The translations under genes and the position numbers were made by a program. Under the pieces are notes generated by a model. That model was not told where the DNA came from. It ran no database searches and worked only from the letters and a program-made list of their open reading frames with translations. From Bilabrum cf. latius (lineage: Eukaryota), in contig OZ237745.1 of the NCBI GenBank assembly GCA_965178125.1, positions 248,001 to 312,000 on the forward strand: a stretch of 64,000 bases of DNA. Reading direction: 5' to 3'. Every line of letters begins with the position of its first letter. The first letter of the stretch is position 1. Below are positions 1 through 13,500 of the stretch, piece by piece.

Positions 1-2
1 CA

Positions 3-3000
3 GCGAGACGGGGCGGGGGTAGTCGTGCTGGCGGTGGGCAGCTCACGCAGCACGGGTACGATACCAGCTAGAAAGAGAAGGGGCAAACTCAAAAACTTCA
101 TGACATCCACGGCCAGCCCGCTTCCTTCTCGTCCTACCTCGACCGGACCGACGAGGACGAGGACAGGGACATGGACAGCCGGACTGGTGTGAGGCCTCCG
201 ACCCTCCCCCCTCGTCAAGGCCTTCTTCCAGGCTACCTGCACTAGCGCTCGGGTACCGCTGCTGCTGATATTGGTGTGACTAGTGCGGTTTCTGGCACGG
301 ATGTACCATCGAATTCTAGCAGTGCCAGTGCTATTGCAACTAGCAGAGCTGCGACCTTGCGTGACCCCATGCGAGGCAGCCTGCACGGGCACGGTCGGCT
401 TGCCCAGCAGGCATGGGGTGCTGCAGCTCGAGCTATAGGCCCAGTGCACGCGGCAGGCGGATTCTCGTTGTCGATCTAGCCTGCTGTGGACAGCAGTGAG
501 GCACGACAGCAGCCGCCAGTGCCTTAGTTTAGTTCTTTCCTCGGAGGCCGTGGAGCACTGCGGCAGAGCCATGACGGAGGTCGTGGTCTCGCCATTCTCA
601 GAGGCGGGTCCAAATTGCATCCACACGGCAAGAATGTGCCAGCGAGTGCGCGCCACTCCGGTCGTGAGCGAAACGCTGTCCCAGTGCCGAAGCCAGACAG
701 CGATCACGATCGGTCGGCCAGGCGGCGAAGGTCGATGCCACAGGCAGCCGAGCTTGCCGCCCTGCTCCGACAAGCCGAGGAGCAGGACCTCATCCAGTCC
801 ATGATCGAGGGCGAAATGCCATCGTTTGCTGCAAGCGACGCCAGCGGTCGCATCGCAACCAGTAGGCATGGTAAGCAGCGAAAGTCTCTCGGGGGTACTC
901 ATGGTCGTGCTGGACATGGGCCAAGCATGGTCGTGCTGGATGAGGCACTGCTGTCAGTATCCATGCAAGCCCCAGCTTTGCCCGATGAGATGCAAAACGA
1001 GGCCAACAGTGAAAACCATGATCAATAGGCTGATAGCTAGAACACGACAAGAGGCCAACGCGTTGTGCCCGGTGGATCGCGCTCCCGCAAGAAGCCAGCT
1101 CAATCAACGCAGCCCATCGGCAGGCAGCTGCCTTGGGAGGGGCAACAAGTACGACCGCAAGCAAGACCCAGCAGAAGCTCATCTGTCGATTCTAGCCAAA
1201 GACGATAGTCTGGACGATCGCTGGCAGCACCGGAGTATCACCCCGCGAAGAAGCGCAAGGAGCTGTAGCGCATTAGCTTTCTGGACACATCTCGACTCAC
1301 CGTTGGCTCGTATAGCCGGCAGTAGCCCGCTGGTGACTAGAATGGAAGCCGTTTCCTTGATGTTCAGAGTCACGCTCATGCAGAAACAGCTGAGCTTCGC
1401 AATACTTCTGGCGGACTAATTCATGATCGTGGGAGCACGGTCGGTTTAGGCCAGTAGCTTCGATCTGACCCCAGCAGCGCAGACTAGGCACCAAACGAAG
1501 CTGTATCGCAGGCAAAAGAGGGGGCAAGGCAAAGAAAACTACCATCAAGTGATGTATCACCTCCCAGTGACGAATCGGCGGCTTTGACGGACTCTGCAGG
1601 CCCTGCTCATCCGAGTGAGCCGGGGCGTGCGAGCCATGCACAGCCCGGGCCGCAACCGACGCGACCATCCGCGACCAATAGGCATACATTTGCAAGAGCC
1701 AGCCCCGCAGCTGCCATCCAGGCCCTTGCTACCATGCAGCCTCGAGCAGCTGATATGCCTCGTGGGACCATTGACCTGCAAGAGTGGTGGCGGGTGGGCT
1801 TAGATGGCACAGGCAGGCTGGCCATGCCGCCGGTGGAGCAAAGGTTTGACGAGCCGACGGCCGAGGCCATTGAAGTAGCAATAGAGGAAGCGCACGAATC
1901 GAATTCTAGCATCGGCAACCATTCCGGTGGCAGGAGCAGCAGTCGAGAAGACCATCGCCAGCTTTCGGCGGCCAGGCGGATGGGCGCACATCTCCAACGC
2001 GGGTCTTTCAGGGGCAGCTTGACACGTTCAGGTCCAATATCGCGGCAATCCACGCTGTACGAGCTTGTATTTCCCCAGAGGCAGTTGGGAGAGTCTTTTC
2101 GGAGGTAGTATGCCAAGCGGCCTGACGTGCTTGGCCGGGCAGGCATTCGCACGAAACCAGCCCGAGCTCCGCAGGCACGGATGTTAAAGCATGCACCTGG
2201 TGTTGTTGAGAATCAAGACGAGTACAGTCCGGACAGCAGTAGGCGGGTCAAGTCTAGTCGCTAGGGAAAAGTCCTGCAGGGTATCTCTAGTAGCAATGGC
2301 AGGGATGGTGGTGATGCAGAAGACGATGTCGATTCCAGCTTGCTCGATGTGAGCGACAGCGAGGGACAGCGGGGCCCAAGTCCGGCAGACAGCGGGGTGT
2401 CGCGACCGTTGTTACCCGCATAGCGGGAGATCCGTCCAGCGGGACGAGCGAGCGACGATGTTGCTGCTTGTGGGGGCTTGGCAGGCGTCGATGACAGCTT
2501 CTTCTCGGACGATGGCGATCAAGGCAGCCGGCAGCATCAGAAGCAGCAAGCTCTGCAAGCGCCACAAACGGGCGCCATGCAGCGCCCACGTCCTTCGAGC
2601 AACCAAGACGGGGATTCTAAATCCTCCATTGCCTAGAATACTGCTCCCGGCTCCCCTAAGCGGGGCAGTAGGCTGGCAGCCATGGAGCGTGCCAAGGCCC
2701 TTGTGGAGCGGCTGGACAGGGCAAGGGCCGAGAGGAAGATCCACGGAGAGCCACTGGTACGGAGGACCGAATCAGCGCACGAGTCCACGGTTGGACACCA
2801 TCCCGGGGCAGCGCAGCCCACCGGCAGGCTTCCTCCCAACAAACGGCCCAAGCTCAAGCCGTTGAAGCAACGGAAGGCAGGCAGCTCGCGAACGGCGAAA
2901 TCTGGGAGGCGAGGCTTGCGCAGCGGGTTGCAGACAAAGAGGCCCAGCCTGACTGCGACCAGCTCGGTCTCTGCCGTGGGCGCTCCCAGCGGCAAACAGA

Positions 3001-3500
3001 ACATCCTGGCCAAAGGTGACTTGAAGGGCAAGGCCAGGAGAGTGCCAACGGCCAAAAAGTAGGGTGTCCAGGGGCATGGGCATATGCGGAGCACCGGAAA
3101 GGCACGGGGTGGGGCCACAAAGCTGCGGTAGAGCTAGCGTGCCACTGGTACCGCGAGTACTGCTTCACCAAGCCTGGTGCGGTCTTCAGGTCACAGTCAA
3201 GGCCGTCGGAGCCGAGGCAGCGGAAGCCGCTTTGGGCGGCGAACTACAGCCAGTGCTCGACCGATAGGCAAGGGGAGAAATTCTTCCATGCCTCGCGATT
3301 TCCGGTCCCGGAAGCAGCGGCGAGTCGCAGCGGCGCGCGCTGGTTCTCGGGAAACGCTGCTAGCAGGGGCGAAAAAGCAGGACACGAGCGCTTTCTCCAG
3401 GCACGGTCTGGTTGCATTCGCTCGTGCGCCGATTCCAGGAGATAGGAAGCCCTGGGGATCTGTCGGGCAGGCCCTAGGGGAGCAGCCCAGGCGTGGGTGA
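3..3500 (+). CDS. Large low-complexity (S/G/A/R/Q-rich) hypothetical protein, 5'-partial, >1160 aa with TAG read as Gln
   Basis: Track ORFs 276..479, 615..1028, 1584..2108, 2682..3062 and 3177..3500 share one frame. Manual translation of the gaps shows about 19 TAG codons and no TAA/TGA until TGA 3498-3500. No recognisable domain. Confidence 0.75.
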
Positions 3501-3605
3501 CCTTGACCAAGTAGCCCCCCCCTCTAGCTCGGCGGCGCCGCTCACCCCCAAGACTCAGGGCCAGTGGTTCCGCTTGCTGTGTGCTCGGCATCGAACGTAA
3601 CAAGC

Positions 3606-6600
3606 ATGTTCAACCCTTGGGTTGTTGGTGGGGTATCGATCTCTTTGGTTGGTTTATGCATCTGTTTTGCAGTCGCTTGGGCCTCTTGCTGCGATCGCGC
3701 GACGAGGCATGCAAAGAGGAACTTTGGCGGACCTCGCCTGGCATTGGAATCCGCCTTGCTCACGCCGCGCCCGGCAGCCCCTCATACTTCAGCATCCATA
3801 AAGCTCTGGCTACAGCGGAGTATTGCAAATGAGTCTAACTTGTTGACCTCAGAGAAAGATCGAGGTGCCACGGAGGTGACGCACGCCAAGCGAGATATAA
3901 TCGCGGCAGATACGCGCAGAAACAGACTTTTCTTGCAAGCCAGCGAGTAGAACTGGCTCCAAGAAACGGTTCATAAGCTTCGTGTCCGCATGGCACGGCA
4001 CCGCCTCGTGTACTGGCAGGCCATCACGCAGTTCGTCGCGACGATCCTGAAGTCTGGGTGGAGGACCGTCCCCGTTGAAGCTACCGCAGCAGATACGGCC
4101 ACAATGCTTCGTGACGATAAAAGCATTGGGTAGGACATGCAGGCGCTGCTGGCGGCAGAGCACCTATGTGTCAGCCTGCTCGGATCTTGCCTCGGAGGCG
4201 GGCCGACCAGCAAGCTCGCCATCTCCAGATCGCTCTCGCAGATGCACCAGGCCCTCGCATTCTGGCACCCGGGCCTTGCGACAGAGCTGCAGCAAGCCCA
4301 AGTCGCGCCCGAGCTGTACGCCGGGGCCTGGTCGCAGAGCGCCTGGGCAGAGGTTGTGTCCCCACTGGAGGCGGCTACCCTGTGGAAGACCGCCGCGGAC
4401 TGCTCCCTGCAGCTCGGCACGACCGCCTCAAGAATAGTAGACATGCACTCGGTTGCCGTCATGGCGAGCCAGACAGCAGCGCTACGCACGGCGCAGTCGA
4501 GGGCGGGCAGCAGCAGTCGCGGGAAGCGCAGCGCGCAGTACGCCCAGGACGAAGCAATGATGACCATGCTGTCCCACCTGGCGGAGGTGAAGCGCGGCTC
4601 CATCCCGCTGGACTGGGGCGCGTGCATGCAGCGAGCGGTTGCAACCGCAAGAGCATCCCCGCGACTCCTGTGCCTGGGTGACGTGGCCCCAGCTGCCGTG
4701 CTCGATACCCTGAGGCTGCGGGGGCAGGTGCTCCGACTGGCCCGGCAGGCGAGCAGCTGGCTGGCGCAAGCAGCGGAAGGGGAAGAAAAGAGCAAGACGG
4801 GCGTGGGCGGGAGCACCAGCACAACGCAGCCCCTCCTGCTTGCCCTCAGGGCGCGGTGCGCGATATTCCGCGCGATCCTGCTGGCGGTCCTCGAACCCCC
4901 CGTGACCCCCGCAGTGGGGGCACTCCTCCTGAGCGGAGCCACGGCTCCGGGCCCTGCCCGACCCCCATCGGTGGTCGCGCGGGCAGAGGCAGCCGCATAG
5001 TCTGTCACGACGTGGGCAACCAACCAGCCGCCAGCACGCGATGCGAAGGCATAGGCAGCGGTGAAGGCGACCAACACCCAAAGCAGCGGTGGCAGCGGGG
5101 CTCGGGGCAGGTCGGCTACACCGCGGGCTGCTGCTGATTGCCCGTCGCCACGTGCTGGGCCGGAGGCCCTCGATTTCAGCGACGGCCTGACAGATCCACC
5201 TGCTCTTCCGACGGCCGCCGGGGCGCTGGCCAGGGCGGTCGCTGCATGCGTCGTGGACGATGCGCCGAGCTCCGACGGATTCCGCGGTCCATCGGTCGAG
5301 TCATCCAGTGCCCAGCAGCTTGCTGCACTGCCCTCCCTTTTGGCCCCTGCCTTGCTGGACGCTGCCAAACTAGGCAAGCAGGAGCTGCTGCGCTGCACAG
5401 CGGCATGTGTGGACGTGGATGATGCGCGCCGCTTGCTGGCTCACAGCGACATTGACCTGATCGACCTCAGGGAGGACGCATCGTGGGAGCAGCACGTTGA
5501 GCTGAAGCGAAGAATCATGCAGCCCGATGCTGCCGACCTGACTGGCCTCTCCGGCTCCAGAAGCTACGTGCCCCCATCACTGCCTGGCACATCGCGGAGT
5601 GACCGGACTGACAGGGCCAGTGCACGAGGAGCTGCTCCACGCGTGGGAGCTCCTGGACACAGTGCTTCAAGAGTGCGCGGCGCGAGTGGGTCAAGTGGTG
5701 CGAGTGGGGCATGCGCACTGCAAGCGAGTCCCAGGGCTCATTCAGTCTTGCCGTCGGTTGAAGGGACGTCGTCGGCGAGAGGGCGGGACTCCAGCGGATC
5801 ACCGGTCAAGCAGTGGCTGGCTGATGCAGACAAGAGCAACGGCAGGATGGAAAAAGAAGTGTCCACGGGCAGCATGAGCAGCGTGAATTCCTCTGCTACT
5901 CCGCACCCGTCTGCAATGGACAGTGCCGTGACATCGACACACCTTCCAACGCATCGTGACCCGCACCTCGCTAGCCCCCGGACAAGAGGCGAGGGTGACA
6001 ACGTAGGCGGTCTGCGCCGCGGGACTCTTCGATTACACCGCATTGCAGTGCAACTGCCAGCTGGCCACCGACGGCTGGTGGAACGCGCGGACGTCGCGGC
6101 AAGGGATGATGATTCGCTCACCGAGCGAGCCCTGGGCATCGGCCTGGCGCTTGCGATAGGGGAGGCTGAGAGGCAATGCTAGAGCCATCCACGCCAAGCA
6201 TAGTAGGTGTAGAGAGAAAGACTGGGTGTGACATAGCAGTCAGATGCGGCAGACAACCGCGACCCATCGACTGCTGCGCCCGAGCATCAGCACGCCGAAC
6301 TCGCGGTTTCGGCAGCACAGGTCAGTCCTGCTCGCATGAGGGCCAGTGGTGGGATGGCCCGGTCGCTGGCAGGTAGGAGAGAGTCAGGCAGCGGGCGGGT
6401 CGAGCTGACACCTAGCCGCGGGAGCAACCGCAGCGGCTCCGATGGCTCGGGGCGTGGTTCACTTGACCACCTGGAATCAGCGGCTGGAGTATCCGGCGGG
6501 GCCCTGCAGCAACAGCGGCAGCCACCAGCTCCCGATGCGGCAGCGGCCGGGCCAGCACCCATAGAGGTACCCAGCAGCTCTAGCAACGGGAGATTACGTG

Positions 6601-7322
6601 CTCCTCGCCGCAGGGTCACCGCGGCGCCGGTTCCGCAAGCGGATCTCCAGGCCATGTGGCCTCATCGGCCGTGGAGTGGGAAGGCGCTGGGGGCAGCCGA
6701 GATGCTGGCTCGGTGCCTGGCTTGGGGTGCCTGGAGGGCGGCGGGGGGACTGATAGGGGATATTTCGGTGCAACCAGATGGCAGTGGAGGTATTTCAGAC
6801 CTAGGTGCGCAGGCTAGGGGCGAGCATGCTGAGGGGCAGCTGCTGCGGAGAGTGCTTCGTTCGTCGGCAGAGATTCGCGGCGAGATGGACGACCTGCTCT
6901 AGCCCATGGGCGTGCAATCAGGGCCTGCAGATGCTGTGCCGATCGATGAGAAACTGTGTGGCAAGCGCGAGCTGAGCTTCGCCGAATCGGAGACTGGAAC
7001 GGTATCCTAGGCCTTTTCTGATGGTGCGACCAGAACGATTGGAATCGGTCGCAAGGGGCATGCGACCATGATGCGCGGCCTTCGCCAAGTGGTGGAAGAC
7101 ATTTCAATTGGATGCCGTATTGGGGCTAGTGAGGCTCCTCGAATGCAAGATGCTTTCGAGGGTGGTCCGGCTGGTGCAACGGCTCTAGTTTCGACTTCGC
7201 ACTCGGCTGGAGGAGCAGTTGTGCTGCTGGCCCATTCGAGCGTGTCAGTTCTGGCACGTGCAGCTAATTTGGTCGCGGCGCATGGAAGAATCCCAGGTGT
7301 AGCCTGCATGATACTCGTTTAA
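3606..7322 (+). CDS. TBC (Rab-GAP) domain protein with N-terminal TM helix and possible split rhodanese-like region, ~1238 aa
   Basis: One frame from ATG 3606 to TAA 7320-7322, broken only by TAGs. Hydrophobic N-terminus WVVGGVSISLVGLCICFAVAW. TBC-like motifs IIAADTRR (IxxDxxR), VYWQAITQFVATIL (YxQ) and HPGLATELQQAQVAPELYAGAW...LW. DARRLLAHSDIDLIDLR resembles the start of a rhodanese domain. Confidence 0.7.
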
Positions 7323-7541
7323 TTCACAATTTAAAATGCGGGGGTTCGACTAGTCTAGGTTCCGCAGCGTTACCGCCGGGGATTGCGCGGTGCCACCCTG
7401 GACAGGCCTCACAACTGCAGAAAACTGCGTTGCGAGCCACAGTGTTCTACCCGCGGCACAGCATAATTTAACCCAAGGGCGAGAAAACATTCAAATTCTC
7501 GAGCATTGTTACGTCCTTCAAAGCATAATAGAAGGCCAAGC

Positions 7542-10500
7542 ATGCTGTCGAGCCCGGCCTCGAACGGACAGGTACGCAACAACACAAAGGATGAACCTCC
7601 CGCTTGGAGAGTCTGTGGCGTGCATCCGATTTGGTGGGGTGCGTTGGTGCTGCTAGCATGTGTTTCTATCACAGCTTTGGTGTCGGTTCTCGCACAGAGC
7701 AGCCAGATAGATAGGAACTACGACACCTTCCAAGACAGGGCCCGGCTGCGAGTGAATGCTCTTGCGCAGGCATTCTACAGTCACTTTCCAGAGCTAGCCG
7801 GCTTGCGGGCTGTGCTTGAAGGAGATGCAACGAGCACTGAATATCTGGGACTGCGGCGTTTCGGTGCAGAGAGTATAGCAGATCAGATCGTCGCAGCAAA
7901 CCCTGGCAGGGTGTCTGGTGTCGGCTACAACTTAGAGGTGGATCGAGTCCATATCGGAGTAGTAGCACAACAGCTAGATGCAGTATATTCCAACAATGCC
8001 AACCGCGTGCAGGGCCAGGGGCTGCTGGCCTTCGGACCTACCGGCCTGCGGCCTTTGTCACAAGCGAATCAAACCGAGGTATCTTCTCGGCGATCCATGC
8101 CAATCGTCATGCTTGGTAATTACAATGACAGTACAGTGACAGCCATGGGCCTAGACCTTTCGACGAATGCTTTCCGTTTCAAGGCGCTCGAGACTGCGAC
8201 TCAATTCCAGTCGTTCGCGACTACTCCTCCACTCGTGCTAGTGTCGAGGACAGGACTCTAGCGAGGTATTCTGGTCGCAGCTCCGGTGTATTCGAATCGT
8301 GGAATGGAACCGGGAGGGGGCATCGACGTCCTCCCTCGGAACATCGACGTGGGCGCCCTCGCCGGAGACATCGCGCCCGGCATCAACCGCATCACCGGGG
8401 ACCAGAGGGTGGTGCAGCAGGAGCAATACACCCACAATGCGACCGATGCGTGCGGAGAGGCCTTCAGAGCTGTTTGCCTGCCCTTCACTTCTGCAGAGGA
8501 CGCGCTGGCTGCCTACAACCAGAGCCTCATCGACGTGCAAGAGGGCAGGAGGGAACACCCCCTGGAGCCGTGCAGCAGCAGGTGCGTGAACGGGCACATC
8601 ATGAGAGGGCACGTGATCGCGGCGTTTTTCTTTGCTGCGATCTCCAACGAAGCAGAGCTGGTGCGCGACGTGGATTCCCCAGTGGCCATCTACAGCGAGG
8701 ACGTGACCGACTTGGTGCGGGAAGCGGAGGAGAGGCTGAGCGACGGGGACGGCGGGCTCAACGGACAAATCGAGACCGAGTACGACGAGTATGCATATGC
8801 TGTGGCCTCTCCTGGATTTTAGCAACTGGCTAATTCGCCTCTCTTTGACCTGTTTTCCGTCGGCACAGATGCGGTGCCTCGTCATGACGTCCCTGCTGGG
8901 CTGGGTCAGTTCCAGTACGCCATCAATGACGTCAATCAGGTGGATGACCCGGCCTCCGACGAGGCTCAGGAGCAGGTCCTGAGCTACGTTAAAGAGCGTG
9001 ACTCGGGGGATGTGCGGGAGGTGCTGGGATACCTCGTCCCTGTGGGGAACAGGGTGTGGTCCGTCCACGTGGCGATCACTGATGAGTTCCTTGAAAATCA
9101 GGGCACCTCCGCACTCGTTGCGCCACTCCTGGCAGGAATCCTCATATCCATTGCTATCACTGCGCTCGTGGCAGGTGCGTTCATTCAGTCCAGGACACAA
9201 CAGCTGCGTGACCACAGGGAAAGATCGGAGCAGAAGGCTCGATTCGAAGCAGCACAAAAGGCCCACCAGATCCTCGTGTCTTTCGTGGTGCACGAGCAGC
9301 GCAATCCACTGCACCTGTGCAGTGGCAGCCTGGGCATGCTGAAAGAGGCCTAGGCAGGCGCGGGGGAGGCCACCGAGCAGGCTCTGGCCGTGCTTGACAG
9401 CGCCCTGAGGCGTAATAGAACCGTGGCTGCCCAGTGCGAGAGGGCGGCTGAGCGGCTGCTGACGGCGGCGCAGATGGACGACACGTCAGATGAGCTGGTA
9501 TCGAGCGAAGCTCCGGCCGCAGCTGGATCTTCGAGCCGGGGTGGCAAGCGGCTGGAGCAGCAGGCCAAGGCTCTGCGGGACCTTGGGTCAGCCAAGAGGA
9601 AGTTGGATGCGGGGGGGCAGCAGCTGCAGCACGCGAGACAGCTGGTGGGCCAGGCCCACGGCCAGATCCAGGCGGGTGGTGGCGACATGGACGTCATCCA
9701 CCAGGGCACAGAGACCCTACATCGGCTGGTGAACGACCTGCTCGACCTCAGCAGGCTGCATCAGGGCAAGCTGCCCATCGCACCCGCGCCCATGGACCCC
9801 CGGAGGTTGATCGTAGCAGTGGCCTCCAGCCACCAGTCGTTCGCAGAAGTGCCTCTTCGGTTCCACGTGTCTGCCTCTGTGCCCCCCGTGGTGATCGCAG
9901 ACGAGCTGAGGATCACGCAGATTCTCGCCAACGGCCTGACAAACGCGGCAAAGTTCTGCAAGAAGGGGTACATCATGGTAGACCTTCAGGTGCGGCTGAG
10001 GCCAGTCAGCAAGCAGATCGTTGAGGAGGAAATCAGGTCCAGCAGGTGGGCCCGCATGTACTATGAGAACGCTTCCAACTCGTCGTGGAATGTCCACAAC
10101 CACTTCAAGATGCTGCAATGGGCCATGGACCGAGAGGCCGAAGTTCTTGAGGAGACTGGAGCCTCAGTCACAAGCGATGGCTCAGTACGCCAGTTCGAGC
10201 AGAGAGATCTCGCTGAGACACGGAAAGCGCTCGGCATTATGGACCAAGTCGACGCACAGGCCGCTGGGATGGGGCAAGGATCAACCAACTGCATGTCTGG
10301 AAGTGCAGGTACGCTTGATGACGAGCAGGTGCAGCGCCACTTGCGGAAGATCAGGCAGGAGCAGCTGGATGCCTGCACCGACCTATGCGATGGATCCAAG
10401 GAGGCGGGGGCAAATCTACTGAGGGCAATTGAGGAAGCAAAGGCCAGCAAGTCATCGGCTCTGGGCGCACCGGTGCTTCGTAAAGTGAAGCGCTTTTGTC

Positions 10501-13500
10501 GTGGTGCGTCGTGCCGGCCGGTTGGCGGCCCTGTTGCAGCTACAATGGCTGCAGTGCCCAGCGCTGTGGACCGTGTGCTGCCCCCTGGTCGGCTGCTCAG
10601 CGGTTTCTCGCCAATGAATGATCGATCTGGCCGTTTGAATGGAAAGGATGTTGCTGCGCTTCCAGGGGTAGTTCGAGCTCTGGGGCTATTGGAGAGCGAT
10701 GGGGAGCGCTCTGCTTCTAGTCGGCTGGCGCTCGACGTGGAGACGCTGACGAACAGGGTGCTGCGACCGATGACCACAGAATCGATCGAGTTGGAGGCAG
10801 GCCAAAGTGATCTGGGCTTGGCTGCTGGAGCGGCTGGCCAACAGCCGCCATCTGACAAATCAGACGTCGATGCTGCTGGCAATCTCGCCAGCGCCACTAG
10901 CATGGATCACACGTACGTCCTGCCCATGCTCGTATTTAGGGTGATTGACACTGGCAGGGGCTTGGGCAAGGCGAACGCAGGCGGTCGTCAGTTATTTTCC
11001 GCATTTGTCACCGGCGATGCCAAGAAAGATGTCGCCTCATCGAAGGGAGCAGGCTCTGGTGCTGCTGGCAGGCCGCGCGAGAACACTGAGGAACTAGGAC
11101 GAAGTTCGGATTCCGAGTCACCGGACGGTCCGTCAGACGTTGAAAACTAGACTTCCTCTGGAAGCAGCGGATTCAATCCTGCGGCACCGGATGGAAGCGC
11201 CAGCTCAGTTGCCAAGCAGAAAGGTTCTGGCCTGGGGCTGGCTATGGCGGAGGAGCTGACCAAGCAGATGGGCGGGACCATCGGCCTGAGGACGGAGAAG
11301 AGGAAGAAGAGGACCGTGCTGGAGGTGGCGCTGCCGCTGCGGCCCCCGTGGCGCGTGGTCCGAAGGATGGAGGCAGGGGCGGTGAGCAAGCTGCCAAGGG
11401 ATGCCAGCGCAATGTGGGAGCAGCGACTGCAGGTGGAGATGCAGGCGGTGGAGCGTGCCATTTTACGACTCTCTCGAGGGGACACCAAGGGCGCTTTGGA
11501 TGAGTGCAGCGCCAGGAAGATCAGCAGCGAGTCTTACGGCACGGACAACGGCGGGCTAGTACAGGTGCCCCTAGTCGATGTCTCGGAATGCGACGCGGCA
11601 AGGCCTCCGAGCAACGTGTCAGCTGGTGCTGTCGAGTCCAAGACAGCTGGAAGCTCCGGCCGGAACGTCCATTCGTCTTTGGGCAAGAAGGACCCTCGCA
11701 TTGTAGACAGGCTTAATGACTAGCTCTCGCTGAGCAATGCATGCGTGCGCGGAGGTGACGCGCAGGCCTCAACCGGCACCGAGCGCGAGTTGCCGTTGCA
11801 GGGGTCTGCGTCGCCGACTGTTCAGAATCTGCGGCCTTCGGACACAGCGGCTGTCCCGCCGCTTGCATCAGCAATACCGCCTGCAAATCCGCCTGTGGTA
11901 TCTGGCGGGCAAACGCGCACAGGCAAGCAAGAAGGACGAAGCAGCGCAAGCCTCCTTGCGCCAGACCAGCAACTCCAAGAATCAACGCCTAGTGTATACC
12001 AGCGACGGACCCCCGCGGCAACGGGACTGGGACTGTCCTAGCGATCCAGATCCATCAGCAGGGTTGTTCCTGGGACGAAGCCTCCGTCCAAGACCAGCCG
12101 CCGGCAGCAAGCAGTGCTCCACGCTCTAGAGGAGGTTCACGCAGCCCTCAACGCAGGCCCACCTGACGATTCTGGTGCGGACTCTGCACGCCGGCCCGAC
12201 GGCAGCCAGGCTGTAGGGGAGGGCTCTGTGGATGCACTCGACATCCCAATCAAAGTCGACACGCTTGACGCCGTGCTGTCGCTCAAGAAGTCGTTGCTGA
12301 GAGCCTTGTTGGTTCACATGCGCTCCCTTAGCGGACGCTTCGACGAGTAGGAGCGAAGGGCAGTGGCAGGGGCTCCTGCACGGCCGGGAGACAAGCGGCC
12401 ACCGAGCGGCAGCAATCCGTCGACCGATGACACGAGCTAGAGCCAGAAGCGGAGAGCCGTTTCGAACCGAAATGCTTCTACCAATTCTGCCGGTACATCC
12501 AGGAGTGGCAGTGGTGGAGCCGAACTAACAAAAAGCACTCCGGTACCTGCTGCATCGGCCGCGGGGCGATGGTCAGAGCGCGTGAGGATGGGCCAGGACG
12601 TTGCATCCAGGAGGCGGGACCCGCGATTGGACAAGCTGGATGCTCGAGAGAACATCAGGAACGCATCACAAGCAACCACACCAAGCGACGGGAAAGCAAC
12701 GTCATCTTCTGGTGCTGCCGCAAGCTTGGCAGCTGCGGAAGGAGTCCCTGGCATGCAACCACCAAACAAGTGGTCTTCCAAGACGAGCGGGCCTACAAGG
12801 GATTCCTCTGACGGTAGGGTGCAGTCCTCGTAGATTGGCGACGATTTGACCGCTGTGGATAAAATGGATGACGGCAACTCTGACGGCTAGACGGACAACT
12901 AGGGTGACTCTGGTCTGCTGGCTCCGCGGGCCCGGCACCGGTCATCTGAGGCCTTCGAGGCTACGATTGGCCAATCATTGGAGCGTGCCACTGCTGGGGC
13001 ATCTTCCGGCGCTTCTGCGGTAAGCCTGCTGCGCGATGCCTTCAGGAGGGGTCTTGTAGGAAGCACCAGCACCAGCACCACATCCAGCACCAGAGACCGT
13101 CGGAGCTCCACGACACTGCCGAGCGCTAGTAGCGCGCGTGCAATGCAAACAGGTGGTGCTTCTAGTGCGGCTGCTGCGTCGTTGTCGCTCCCGGCGGGCG
13201 TGCTCAGCGGCCTGCATGTGCTCGTGGTAGACGACGAGCGGGCACTCCGCCGCATGGCTACTCGGATGCTGCAACGGCTGGGCGCGACGTCAGAGGAGCT
13301 TGAGGACGGGCACCAGTGCGAGGCGGTGCTGAAGGGCAGGGGGTAGCTGCCGCGACTCGAGCGAGACCAGGGCGCGAGCGCGGGCCCGGGTTCACCCGAT
13401 GGGAAAGCAGCCGGTAGTGGTGACAAGCAGTTCGATTTGATTCTGATGGATATCGTGATGGTGCACTCGAGAGGCACGGACGTGTGCAAGCACCTGCTGG

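Noticed and set aside
3971-5398. Long antisense ORFs (also 8238..9314, 19759..21189, 41373..42644, 44994..46409, 46638..48194)
   Set aside because: They are shadows of GC-rich coding sequence on the opposite strand, have no recognisable motifs and fully overlap well-supported genes.
7320-7322. Ciliate-type code 6 (both TAA and TAG = Gln)
   Set aside because: TAA was never seen inside a coding frame. It occurs only at plausible gene ends (7320, 61792) followed by intergenic sequence. The sample is small, so a genome-wide check is still needed.
7335-7400. tRNA-like GGTTCGAC motif (candidate suppressor tRNA)
   Set aside because: No T-stem pairing or cloverleaf could be built, and the upstream part would overlap the end of the TBC gene. 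No tRNA gene was recognised anywhere in the window.
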